Of a DNA stretch of 64,000 bases, positions 11,800 through 23,914 are shown piece after piece. Within the stretch, counting starts at the first letter, position 1. Each line of letters opens with the position of its first letter. The notes below the pieces were generated by a model. The model was given only the letters and a program-made list of their open reading frames with translations. It did no database searches and had not been told where the DNA came from. Source of the stretch: Lophium mytilinum (lineage: Eukaryota); contig MU004189.1 in the NCBI GenBank assembly GCA_010093605.1, positions 1-64,000 of the forward strand, in the 5' to 3' direction. The translations under genes and the position numbers were made by a program.

Positions 11800-14700
11800 A
11801 TTACTTTACTATCTTTCTTATTAATAATTCTTCTTTATAACGCCGCCCCTACTAGTCTACCTATTAATACTTAAATCTATATACTCCTTAGAACTCTTCT
11901 ACTTAAGCCTTATTCTTCTAGGCCTCTTACCCCGAGTCCTCTAAGTCCTCTATTTCTAAGCTGTAGTTACCTAAACTCTCTTTATACTTATACTCTTTAT
12001 CTAATAACTAACTACTTATATCCCCCTCTTACTCCTTCTATATTACTAAATAATTCCGGAATTCTTTAATTATTAGAATCCTGCCTAAATAAGCCCTTAG
12101 GCTATTTAGTGTATAGTACTTAAACCTAAGCTAGATATATTTTAGATTAACTTAACCTCTAGGGCCTATAATATTATCCTCTATTATTATTATCTTTAAC
12201 TTTCCTAGGCTTTCCTAGGTTATATTCTATACTTCCTTTATAACTACGTCCATGCTAAGGTTAACTACCCCTCCTTAAGCCTATTCTTTAATATATTAGC
12301 TTAGTTAGGCTACCTTATAGTAGTAGCTATTTAGTAGTTGCATATAGATCTACTATATATTTATAATTATATCTCTTTCTTTAATATTATCTTATATATC
12401 TTTAGAGTTGTTTTATTTAGCTTAACGCGTAGTTAAAATTTTATTGTTATTATATCTTAAAAGAACCTAGAGTAATAAGGCAGCTCTTACTTATAGATTA
12501 TTAAGGAATTATTCTACCGTTTTTAGTAACGCTTTATTTCTAATTATTACATTTAATCTTCGCAATTTTATGCGGAAGGGACTATTATTCTATTTTTAAG
12601 TTTCTGCAGCTAGATCCGTAATATTAAATAGCGGCTAGACTTAATTAATCTAGCATCTAGTTAAGTGCCTTAGATAATTTATATTACTATTTCTAGCTAT
12701 ATTCTATATGTAGGCGTAGCTTACTATAAGTTCTAACTTTCTATATAGCTTTATAAGCATATTAGAATAAAGCGTAACTATAGATCTATTTAAAATACTC
12801 TTAAGAAATTAGTTATATAGTTCTTTACTCTTCTATTATATCTTAGTATTTCTATCTTCTTCTATATACTATCTACTTAGAAGCTTATATATATTAGTAT
12901 AGTATACCTTAATAATAAGCGCAGCTGCCTTACCTATTTATGGCGGTGCTAATTGCTAATCTTTTTACACTTTAGTCCTATTTTCGCGTTAAATAGCTAG
13001 CGTGTATTATGCTATAATACTATACTATAGATACTGCATCTCTATATTCTTTCTAGTAAGAGATACCTAAATCTAAGCTTTAGTAAATATAGCTTAGAAT
13101 TAATTTCTAAGGCCGGCTTGCAGTTAATTAACGCCTTAAGGGCTAAGTTGTAGGGGCGTTATTATCTAATCTAAGTACTCTAACTTTAGCTAAGCTATGC
13201 CATACTTCTTAAGGGAGTTTAATAACCTAAGGCTATATAAGGTTATAGGATTCCGGGGGTCTTTTTAATTTATCTACTCTTTTTTCTATAGTACGGATAA
13301 TTAAGTGGGATTACTATATCTAGCAGTAATTTGCGTAAGGCGGATATAAAGAGATACTAAATAACTATTTACTAGCTATTTATCTAGTATTACTACATGC
13401 CTAGTATTACGCCCGGGAGTAACCTAAAGAGATAGTACCTAGAAAAGAAATACCTAGTAATTAAGGTTTATAATAGTAAAGGCATTAACTTCTTCTATAG
13501 AAAGAACCTAGTAGGGGTAATAAGGCTTACTACTATTATCTAGCCTATTCTTTATAGTAAATTTAGGACTTACGCTTTCTTTAAGTTACTTAAGTATAGT
13601 AAGAAGTACTTGGAACTCGGTTTAAACCCTATAGAATAAGTATCTATCTCTCTAGAGTATAGTATAGTGGCGTTAGAGAATAGTAGCAAGACTATTCTAA
13701 AGCTGTTTTCTTTTTAATAATCCTCTAGAGCTACCTGCCGCTTTAAACCACTGCTTAATTATTTTAGTTAAGAATGCAAGAGCTTCTAGTTAAGTATTAT
13801 AAAAGGGCGTAATATTCTTAATAGGTAACTTAAGTATAATCTTATTACTATTATAGATTTTATTATATGCTATACTACTAATATAGCTATAGTTACCTAC
13901 TTAGAGCTCTACCGTTAAAGATAACGCGCCCTAGATAAGATAGTAGGGGTATAATATTATATAAATCTTTTCTTTTCCGCTATTATAGAAGTAAATAGTC
14001 TAGTAGTTATTACAGCTAGTTTTGCATAGAAGGGTAACCCCGGTATCTAGCTAATTAGTAGTTAAAATATCTTTATATCTATAGTTAATCTATATCCCCT
14101 TATCTAGCATATTAATTAGGTTTTTATTAAAAGTAGTAGTTAAAGTACATAGTAGCTAATCCCTACTTTAAATTATACTTAAGGACTTATATGCTATTTT
14201 TAGATTATAACCCGAGACTACTAGGAATACTCCTTTAAATAAATCTTTAGGTATAGTATCTATTCCTGTAAAGTTTTCTGCGTTATAAAGAACTTAGTCC
14301 TAGAATTCTTAGAGTTAATACTATAGAATTATATACTTAGTATTAATATAAGAGTCTCTAGATAATATTATATATTTTTCTTTCTTAATGCTTACTTTAC
14401 CCTATATAATATTAAAACTGTATAGTATATACTACTACTTATCGGGTATTAGAGTATACTTTACTGCAGGTAAGATAATATTATTAAGCCAAGCTGCTTG
14501 CATTATATCTAGTAGATGTAAAGTATCGCCCTTCTACTTATTTAGTGTTAGTATCTAGGGGAAAAATATATAAGTTTTAAATTAATACTTATACCTATAC
14601 CCTATATAAAGCTACTTTATTATATAGAGCTTATGGCCGCGTATTATAATATATTAGTTTTAAGTAATACTTTAGAGAAAGAATAGTTATAGAGATAGTA

Positions 14701-15000
14701 AGAAGTATAAATTATAGGCCGCTAAAGTAGAGATGCTAATAATAACGCTATTAATATTATATACTTGCCGGATTTTAATCTCTTTATTCACTATAAAGCT
14801 AGCTTTAAACCTTATAAAACTAAGCCTTAGAGTTTCTATATTACTAGTTTCTCCGCTTAACATTAATTTCTATGGGACATTATTAAAGTTATTAGGATTA
14901 TCCTCTCTCTATAATAGCTCTAGTTAGCTTATTAGATAGAAGGCTGCATTAGCTGTAATAGGCTCTTATTAGAAGGAAAGGTTCTAAGCTAGAAGAAAGC
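11800..15000 (-). pseudogene. RIP-inactivated long ORF of unknown function, possibly a mobile-element protein
   Basis: Long coding-like minus-strand frames with RIP-type stops: KIRQVYNINSVII (de-RIP RQVYDIDS), FKTYIFFP, AWLNNIILPAVKYTLIPDK**YILYSFN (AWLDDIILPAV...QQHIPYSFD). Confidence 0.55.
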
Positions 15001-15132
15001 TAGTAACTTAGCTAAGGGATCTGCTCTAAGGAACTATTATATAGTTACTTACTATATTATAATATTAGCTACTATATTATTTAAATAGAAAGAGTTAAGA
15101 TATATAGTAAGTATACTAGACTTCTAACGCTA

Positions 15133-15672
15133 NNNNNNNNNNNNNNNNNNNNNNNNNNNNNNNNNNNNNNNNNNNNNNNNNNNNNNNNNNNNNNNNNNNN
15201 NNNNNNNNNNNNNNNNNNNNNNNNNNNNNNNNNNNNNNNNNNNNNNNNNNNNNNNNNNNNNNNNNNNNNNNNNNNNNNNNNNNNNNNNNNNNNNNNNNNN
15301 NNNNNNNNNNNNNNNNNNNNNNNNNNNNNNNNNNNNNNNNNNNNNNNNNNNNNNNNNNNNNNNNNNNNNNNNNNNNNNNNNNNNNNNNNNNNNNNNNNNN
15401 NNNNNNNNNNNNNNNNNNNNNNNNNNNNNNNNNNNNNNNNNNNNNNNNNNNNNNNNNNNNNNNNNNNNNNNNNNNNNNNNNNNNNNNNNNNNNNNNNNNN
15501 NNNNNNNNNNNNNNNNNNNNNNNNNNNNNNNNNNNNNNNNNNNNNNNNNNNNNNNNNNNNNNNNNNNNNNNNNNNNNNNNNNNNNNNNNNNNNNNNNNNN
15601 NNNNNNNNNNNNNNNNNNNNNNNNNNNNNNNNNNNNNNNNNNNNNNNNNNNNNNNNNNNNNNNNNNNNNNNN
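15133..15672. other. Assembly gap (N run)
   Basis: Run of n. Confidence 1.
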
Positions 15673-18049
15673 TATCTATAGAGTATTCTAGAGGGTAAGG
15701 ATAGTATATACGCCTATATATATATATAGTATAGCTATAGGTTTAAGAAACGCTTTATAGAGATAGCGTATAGCGGGTAGAATTTAGCCTAGAGCTCTAT
15801 TATTATTATTTATAGCTTACTAAGGTATTCCTACGCTAGAAGGTAGTAATAGAGAGGGCAATACCTCTCTAGCATCTAGAGGCGGTAGTAATATAGGTAT
15901 ATAAGGAGATAATATAGAAGATGCAGGTAATAGTAACTCTAATACTGCCTCTTCTACTTCTTTATCTACTTAGGCTACTTCTTTATTTACTTTACTTTCT
16001 TTAGCCGCTTCTTCTTCTTTTTTAACTACTGCTCCCTTAATAGTCTATATAATAGCATGCTTACTACTATTACTCTAATTTTACTCTATAGCTTCTATTA
16101 ATTCTATATTACTTTAAATTTTAGGTATATATTAGGCCGCTCTTAACTTACTAGAGTATATACTACTACTAGTAGACTACTAGGTATAAGAAAGTTATAT
16201 TAGTTAAATAGGTTAAGAGGTTAGAGGAGTAAGAGAATAAGTACTACTATAAGTAGCCCGCCCTAGAGTAGAATATTAGGTGGGTTTAGTAGATAGAGAA
16301 GAAGTAGTAGAATAGATACTACTATAGATAGACTACTATAGAGAAGTATATTATATAGGTTATATAGGTTAGATAGATAGAGAAGGAATAGTAGAATAGG
16401 TACTACTATAAGTAGACCGCTACGGAGAAGTATATTACATAGATTAAGTAGAGGTAGAAGGTAATAATTCTTCTATTAAAATAGGTTCTACTTAAGTTTA
16501 TTAGAACCTAACTATAAATACTAGAAGATTATAAAAGATATACTAATTATAAGTTATATAATAGTTTTCTCTAAAGGCTTCTAAGGTGCAATTAGTTATT
16601 AAAAGGGCGTAGGCGCAGGGCGGGTAGAATAAGGGGCCCTAATATTTATACTAGAAAGACCTCTAGAGTTTTTAAAGATAATTAGAAATAGATCTAGAAT
16701 AGAAGTAGAAGTAGGCTTACTAGCCTCTTCTACTACAGCTATTTAGTCTATAGCCCTCTTCTTTTTATCTCTCTTGCGTTGGTTTAAATCCACTATTAAA
16801 CGTAATTTAGCTGCTTTTTACTCTTCTTTATTCTAGTACTTTTAGGGGCGTTCTATGCTAACTACTAGGTATAGTAGTAAGGGGGATAATAGTTTAGAAT
16901 ATAGAGCTAAGAAGTAGAAAGCGGTTAAGGAGTATAATTAGTTAAAAATAAGAATTTATTAATATTCTTATTATAGGGCTTACTCCGCCTAACCCGTTTT
17001 AACACCCCTTATAGATACTGCCACTCGGTTAAGGTTACTAGGAAAGGGCCCTAGTAGAAAGGCTTCCTGCGGTAGCCCTATTAATTACTTTATCTATAAA
17101 TATTATATAAACTATATTCTACCCTTTACTTTATATATTTTATTTAATGCAGCTAAAATTTCTATTATATAAGAATACTATCTAGCAGTAACCTATACTA
17201 AGGCAAGGCTATTATAATATAAAACTCTTTCTATTATATCTATTACCCTCTATAGGCACCTACTACTAGGACTTCGCCTTTTCTATAATGCTTTAAATTT
17301 AATTGCGTATACTATATATAGTATTATAGCTTTATTATAGTATCTTAATATCTAGAAGTTATTATATATAGTAGTAGAAGGCTGCTTAATTATAGAGCTA
17401 TACTCTATGCTACTAGCCGCTCTCTTTTCTTACCCTCTGCACCTACCTAGAGCTATAACTATAGCCTATAAAATATTTCTAAATTGCTAGAATACTATTA
17501 TATTGCATAATAAGTAATTTTCCTTATAAATATCTTTAACCTTATATTATAGTAGTTCTATATAGCGCTAGTTAAGGTCTTTATTAAGTATAAGGCTAGC
17601 ATTATACTAAACTCTTTAAGTAACTTCTATTATTTAGAATCTTACCTCTATATATAACTGCTACTACTACTACAGCCTATATATTAATTCTAAGTTAATA
17701 GATCGCTATTGCATTATATATTATATATAATTCTTTATATATTTCTTCTATACTATATTATAGTAGTTGCATGTAGTAGTAGTTGCACTAATTTTTAAGC
17801 GCGAGGCTATTCTTACGCTAAACCCTTTAAGTAATTTCTATTCTATACCTGCGCACCCTGCGGCCTCTCTATACCTACCTTAAGCTACCACTACAGCTTA
17901 TAAATTAAATTAAAGTTAATAGAACGCTATTATATTACGTTCTAAGTATTATTCTTTGCATGCATACTCTATTTTATATTATAGTAGTTAAATGCGGCGG
18001 TGCAAGGTTATACTACACGTAATTCTTAAAGGTTAATTTTCTCTATATT

Positions 18050-21000
18050 AAACTTGCTTCTCCCTACCTAATTTTAACCCTTTAGCCCCTATAATGTCCT
18101 ATTATTAAAGAACCTAATAATACTAAAGACTTCCCTTAGCTTAACTATAATAGAAAATCTCTTCCTTCTAAACTAGTTTTACTAGATAAACTACCTAAAT
18201 ATAATATCTAGTTTATATTTATATACGTCTATTCTACTATAGTAAAATAAGATAAGGGTGTAGTAATAACTATTACTTTATAAGACTTTAAGTAACTAGA
18301 CTAGCCTAATAAAATAGATAAGTAACACGCCTACAGGCGCTAGGTAGTAAATCTTGCAGGCGTTACTATAGAAGATTACTATTAATTTAAGAAAAAAATA
18401 ACTAAATTACCTTATACTAAAGATTAGCTATAGTAGAAAGTTCTACCCTTTTTCTACTAGATTTTAGATACCTTTAATCTATAAGCTATAAATAAACTAC
18501 TACTATATAGGCCTAGCGTAGACTATACTATTAACTTTAAAGACCTAAATATAAAACCTTCTATCTCTTACTAATACAGCCTCTCTTATAATAAGCTGCG
18601 GGCCGTTAAAGCCTATATTAATAAGATGCTTAGAAAGAGTTTTATTTACTCTAGCACATTACTATTTATAGCGCCTATTATTATTATCTATAAGCTAGGC
18701 GGAGGACTCTATATTTATATTAATTACTAATTACTAAATAAAATTATAATTAAAGATAGGAACGCCCCTTCTCTCTTATATAATATAATTATGTAGCTTT
18801 ATAAAGCTAAGATATACTCTATCTTTAATATTATTGCCGCATTTAATAACATCCATATTAAGAATAGTAACTAGCCTAAGATAGCCTTTTATACTTAATA
18901 TAGCGTCTTTAAGTTTAATATTATACCCTTTAGCTTATATAACGCCCCCGGTATATTCTAGTTATTTATTAACTCTATTCTATAAATATATTTTAATATC
19001 TACTATATAGCCTATATAGATAATATTCTTATATATAGTAATAATAAGAAAGACTATAAAAGAAACTATATAAACATTCTTACTATACTATATAACGCTA
19101 GCCTCTATCTTAATATAGATAAGTATTACTTCTTAGTTAAGAGGGTTAAATACCTAGGCCTAATTATTATACCTGATAGAATAGAAATAGACCCCGCTAA
19201 AGTTAGTACTATTTAGAACTAGAAGCTACCCCGTAATATTAAGGATATATAATTATTTCTTAGTTTTTATAACTTTTACTAATAGTTTATTATAGAATAC
19301 TTATAAATTACTATACTACTTACTAAGCTTATAAAGAAAATAATAGAATAAGGTAACTTTCCGCTACTTACTAATAGCTTAGCAGCGTAAGCCTTTAAAA
19401 AGCTTAAAGCCTTCTTTCTTTTAGCGCTAGTTCTTACCTATTTTAATCTAGATTTAGATTATATTCTTAAAACTAATACCTCTAACTATATAGTAGCCGC
19501 GATTCTTTTATAATAGGAACTAGATAGAATTCTATGTTCTATTACCTTTCTATTAAAAAAGATAACTCTAGCTAAGTATAATTATAAGATCTATAATAAG
19601 GAATTACTTGCTATTATATAGGCCTTTAAAGAATAGCGCCCTAAACTTATAGATATTATTAACCCTACGCTTATTTAAATAGATTATAAGAACCTAGAAT
19701 ACTTTATATTATTAAAGTAGCTTAATTACTGCTAAGCCTATTAGGCTAAATACCTCTTACAGTTTAATTTTATTCTAAACTGGCAACTAGGTAAATAGTT
19801 AACTAAGCCTAATAGCCTTACTTATAGGCCTAGTAATATTCTAGATAATCTAAATAACTCTAGAACTATACATTAAATATAGACAGTTTTAAAAAAGAGA
19901 AACCTACTAGAAGGAATATACTAAGCCCTCTAGCTCGCCAGTATACTTCTTAATAAATAGAAAGTATTTATTATCCAGCTTACTAAGCTAATATATAAAG
20001 TTATAGAATAATACCCTATAGATATTCTATATATTATTCTAGTAGCTAATAGAATAAGAGTAAAAAAGCGCTTAACTAAGGTTATAGCTAATTATAGTAA
20101 GTTAGATAAAGATCTATAGAATGCTGCCCCTAAAGTTACTATACTAATTACCCCTAAACCTATAGATCCTACCGCTAAAGAAGAAGCGCTAAAGGTATCT
20201 AAGCCTAGTAATAAGTTAGATAAGAACTTACTAGGAAATTATACTAATAATACTACTATTTAGTAGATTAATTATATATACGCAGAGAATAATATTCTCT
20301 AATATATTATATACGCTAAAGAGATAGGTAAATAATAAATTCCTCTTAAACTTATTTAGAAATAAGAAATTAAAATTAAGCTTAGCAACTATAAAATCTA
20401 TAAAAATAGGCTATTTATTAACAGCCGCCTATATATTCTATATAACGCAAAGCTCTATATATAATTAATTAAGGAAGCCTATAACTCTCTCCCTAGAGGC
20501 TATACTAAAAGAAACTCTCTCTACTATTATCTCTCCTTCTAGTACTACTAGCTAGGTATTATAAACTCTATTACTATATATATTAACGCCTACCTAATAT
20601 ATAAACGCACTAAGGTCTATAAAAATAGTAAATATAGCTTACTTAAGCTATTACCTATTCTAAATTAATACTAGACGGATATCTCTATTAACTTTATTAC
20701 TAAGCTGCCCCCTTATACTATTAAGGGCCGTATATACTAATACGTTATAGTAGTTATTAACTAACTTTCTAAAAAGTATAAGTTTATTCTACTAGACTCT
20801 ATAGAGCTAGAGGACGTTACGTAGGCCTTTATTAACTAGATCTAGCGCAAGAAAGGCTATCTAGACTATATTATATCTAACTATAGCGCGTAGTTTATAT
20901 TCTTCTTTTAGAAGCATCTATATAAGTATATAGAAATATACCTAAAGCTATCTACTATAGCCTATCTAGAGACTAATAGATAAACTAAAATTATTAACGC

Positions 21001-22514
21001 AGGCCTAAAGTAGTACCTGCGCGTATATATCTATTACTTATAAGATAACTAGGTAAACCTTATTACCTTTACTAAATTTAAAGTAAACGCTAATATTAAC
21101 TAGTCTACTAGAGTATTATCTTTTAAAGCTACTAAAGGCTATACGCCCTATAGTAGGCTAGAACTATTATTACAGGGTATTATTATTCTAGGACCTAAGC
21201 GATAAGGCGTTAATGTAGCTAAAAAGCTAGTTACCTATATTTATAACCTGCGCGAGTTTCTTAAAGGTAAACTACGCTAGAATTAGTTAAAGATAAAGAA
21301 GCTAGCTAACTAAAACCGTCTACCTACCCTAGAATTTAAGGTTAATAATATAGTTATACTTAATACTAAGAATATTTATACTATATAGCTAAGTAAGTCT
21401 CTTAACTATAAAAATCTTAGTCCTTTTTATATAACACGGGTTATTAATAATATAGCCTATAAGCTAGAACTTTCTAAATCTATAAAGGGAATCTTTCTAG
21501 TATTCTACCCCTAGCTACTTTATTAAATTAATAAGACGCCCCTTCTAGAATAATATCTAGAACCTCTACCTATACTTAAGATAAAAGAAGATAGCTTTAT
21601 AGAATAGTTCTATATTAATAAAGTTCTTAACTTCTAGTTTAACGGCCGCTAACTAGATCTATATATAGGTAAGAAGCCTTACTTAGTCTATAAGATAGCC
21701 TAGACTAGGTATAATAACACCCGGCCTAAATAAAAGCCCTATTAGAATACTAATAGTTATAATAAACTTCTTATAGAATACTATATAAAGCATAGTCTTA
21801 AAGTAGAACCTTATTTAATATTTAAAACGCCTAAATAGAAGGTTGCGAAGATAATAGATAAGAGCGTAAGCGCTGCCGCGGCGATAGTAGGCCTATAGAA
21901 TATTCTTAGCACTAGCCTAAGTAAGTATAAATAGCAACCTTATTAGGTAGCTAAGTTATTTTATAAGAAGGCTATTCTATATAGGTAATCTAAAGTAGAA
22001 CTCTAATAGGTAGAAGCTAATAATAGGCCTTAAGTTAATTTATATAGTCCGCTTGCAGTACTTAAGAATAACTATAATAATAAATATAAAAATAGAAAAA
22101 ATAGAAATAATAGAAATAATAGATATAGTAATACTATAGATAGTAAGTATATAAATAGTAAGGCTATATAAGTAGCTTAATAGAAATAGAATAGAAAGAA
22201 TAGAGAAGCTATAACTATAATATATTATAAGCCTTATAGAACTTTAGCTTTTAAAGAGGAAGGTAGTATTATAGTATAAACCTAGAATTATAATAATTAT
22301 ATACTAAGGTTATATATAGCCTCTTATATAACCTAAGTAAGACGCTAGCCTAAGGCGCTAGGCTGCGGCCTGTGCGCTGGTGTTAAACTATAACCTCTTA
22401 AGAGCTTCTAGCTCTCTCTCTCCTTCTTAGCTTAGATTTTTATAATAGTTAATATACCTTATTACTTATATTATATCGGCCCCCTATATATAGGTATAAT
22501 CTATTAATATAATA
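18050..22514 (+). mobile_element. RIP-degenerate, 5'-truncated Ty3/Gypsy chromovirus-type LTR retrotransposon (RT-RNaseH-integrase-chromodomain, 3' LTR)
   Basis: Plus frame: APIIIIYKLGGGLYIYINY (KPGGGLRxCVDY, ~18,670-18,730), AYIDNILIYS (YxDD at 19,013-19,024), KTNTSNY (ETDASDY, ~19,470), NYKIYNKELLAI, TDISINFITKLP (integrase, ~20,675), YKIA*TRYNNTRPK*KP (chromodomain, ~21,690-21,740), purine tract at ~22,252-22,266. Confidence 0.93.
22267..22514 (+). repeat. 3' LTR of the Gypsy element (RIP-mutated TG...CA ends)
   Basis: Starts TATTATAG right after the purine tract and ends TATAATA, consistent with RIP-mutated TGTTAC...GTAACA inverted termini; ~250 bp. Confidence 0.7.
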
Positions 22515-23620
22515 TTATAGTTAGACTTTAAAATCTTAATAGAATTTAGATATATAAAGAAGAGGTATTTAATCTAGTTCTACTTATTTTTTATAAAGTT
22601 ATAGAAGTACTTTCTATTATAGCTATTAGATGCTAGAAATATAAAGGTTTTTAATATATTAAGAAGCGCCTAGATAGGTATAAGGCTATTAAGAAGCTTC
22701 TTTTAGTACTATGCGCGCTTATTTCTAATATCTATAAGAGTAATATTTACGCCCTTTTTAATTAGCTTTACGTGCATTTCTATAGGCCGCGTTCCGCTTA
22801 ATATATTAGCCTAAATAAGGTAATTTATTAATACTAAGCGCTTTCTATTATATATAACTACTAATAATTTAAGTATAGTAGAATAGTTATTATAAGAGGC
22901 CTTTATTATTTTTTATAGCTATATATATTTACTATTAAAGCTAGAAGGCTACTAAGTAAGAATACTATTTATTTTATAGTCTACTCTATTAGTAGAGGTA
23001 CTATATATATATATAGTAGGCTTTATAGTACTACTAAAGTAGTATTAGAACTATACTTTCTTTACTTTATAGCCCTTTTTATTCTTCTTTAAGTAGTATT
23101 TTATAAGTCTATAGCTATATACTAATATATATATTTAAAGCGCCTTTTTAGCTTTCTTTAAAGAGTTATAGGTCTATAGAGGTAGTAGCTAAAGGTCTAT
23201 AGTAAGTATATTATAAAGATATAGAATAAGAATATAATTATTTATAGCTATACTATACTTAAAAAGAGTATTTAAAATTAGTAAATAGCCTAAGTAAGCT
23301 AGTTAGAGGCCTTAAAGTAACCCTCCGGGCTAATTAAAAGACTAGATAAGATAGGGGGGTAGAGAAGATATACTTATATTAAAAAAGAGGTATATTATAA
23401 ACTAAAAGAAAGTATATTAAAATCTTTTTCTTTAAACTATAGTAAAAAATTTACTAGAAAAGTAGTTATATAGATAGTAAAAATCTATTATATAAGTAGT
23501 AAAAAAAGAGTATATATTTAGTACTAGTCTTTATATATAGATATTATATAATCTCTAGGCTAAGGGTTCTTCCGGCGCCTGGGGTTCTGCCGGCGCCCGG
23601 GGTTCTACCGGCGCGCACTT
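22515..23620 (-). mobile_element. 5' half of a RIP-mutated Mutator-like (MULE) DNA transposon with terminal repeat
   Basis: Minus frame DIRNKRA*Y*KKLLNSLIPI*ALL...IKYLFFIYLNSIKILKSNY (de-RIP DIxNERA...LDGLTPIQALL...HLFFMHPDSIEILKSNH), the segment preceding the first catalytic Asp of fungal MULE transposases; three 18-bp subrepeats at 23,563-23,616 at the end. Confidence 0.72.
23563..23616. repeat. 3 x 18-bp GC-rich tandem repeat (GGGGTTCTNCCGGCGCCY), probable transposon TIR subrepeats
   Basis: agggttcttccggcgcct / ggggttctgccggcgccc / ggggttctaccggcgcgc. Confidence 0.85.
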
Positions 23621-23914
23621 AACTACGTAGCAGGCCCGTGGCCGGAGCCTCTCTCCTCTCCACGCAACCTCGTTAATAGAAATACAACCCTTTTCTTGGC
23701 CACGAACCTAACACCGGGCCGAGGGTTATTCCAGTGCCCTCCACGCCTACCTAAGTATTTGAATAGCTGGCTGCCGGAGCTTCTCTCCTCTTCACGCAAC
23801 CTTGTTAATAGTAATACAACTCTTTACTCGGCCACCAACCTGGCAGCTTGCCTCTTCCTCCTTTGCTTATTATCTTCCACTTTGCTAACAACTACGTTTC
23901 ATTCCACTACTCGT

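Larger units (their letters stand above)
96..23620. other. AT-rich RIP-mutated subtelomeric block
   Basis: Strong TpA excess with CpA/TpG depletion, almost no intact ORFs, many TAA/TAG stops in otherwise recognisable frames; sharp switch to balanced GC near 23,560-23,640. Confidence 0.95.

Noticed and set aside
14733..14927. 64-aa Leu/Ile-rich plus-strand ORF
   Set aside because: RIP artefact antisense to the real degenerate frame
23563..23629. pogo/Fot1-type TIR (TACGTA end plus internal direct repeats)
   Set aside because: The adjoining degenerate frame looks MULE-like, so a MULE terminus is preferred; not fully excluded
23696..23914. N-terminal extension of the 344-aa ORF
   Set aside because: Starts at TTG and runs through a duplicated, probably non-coding segment; first ATG is 23,915
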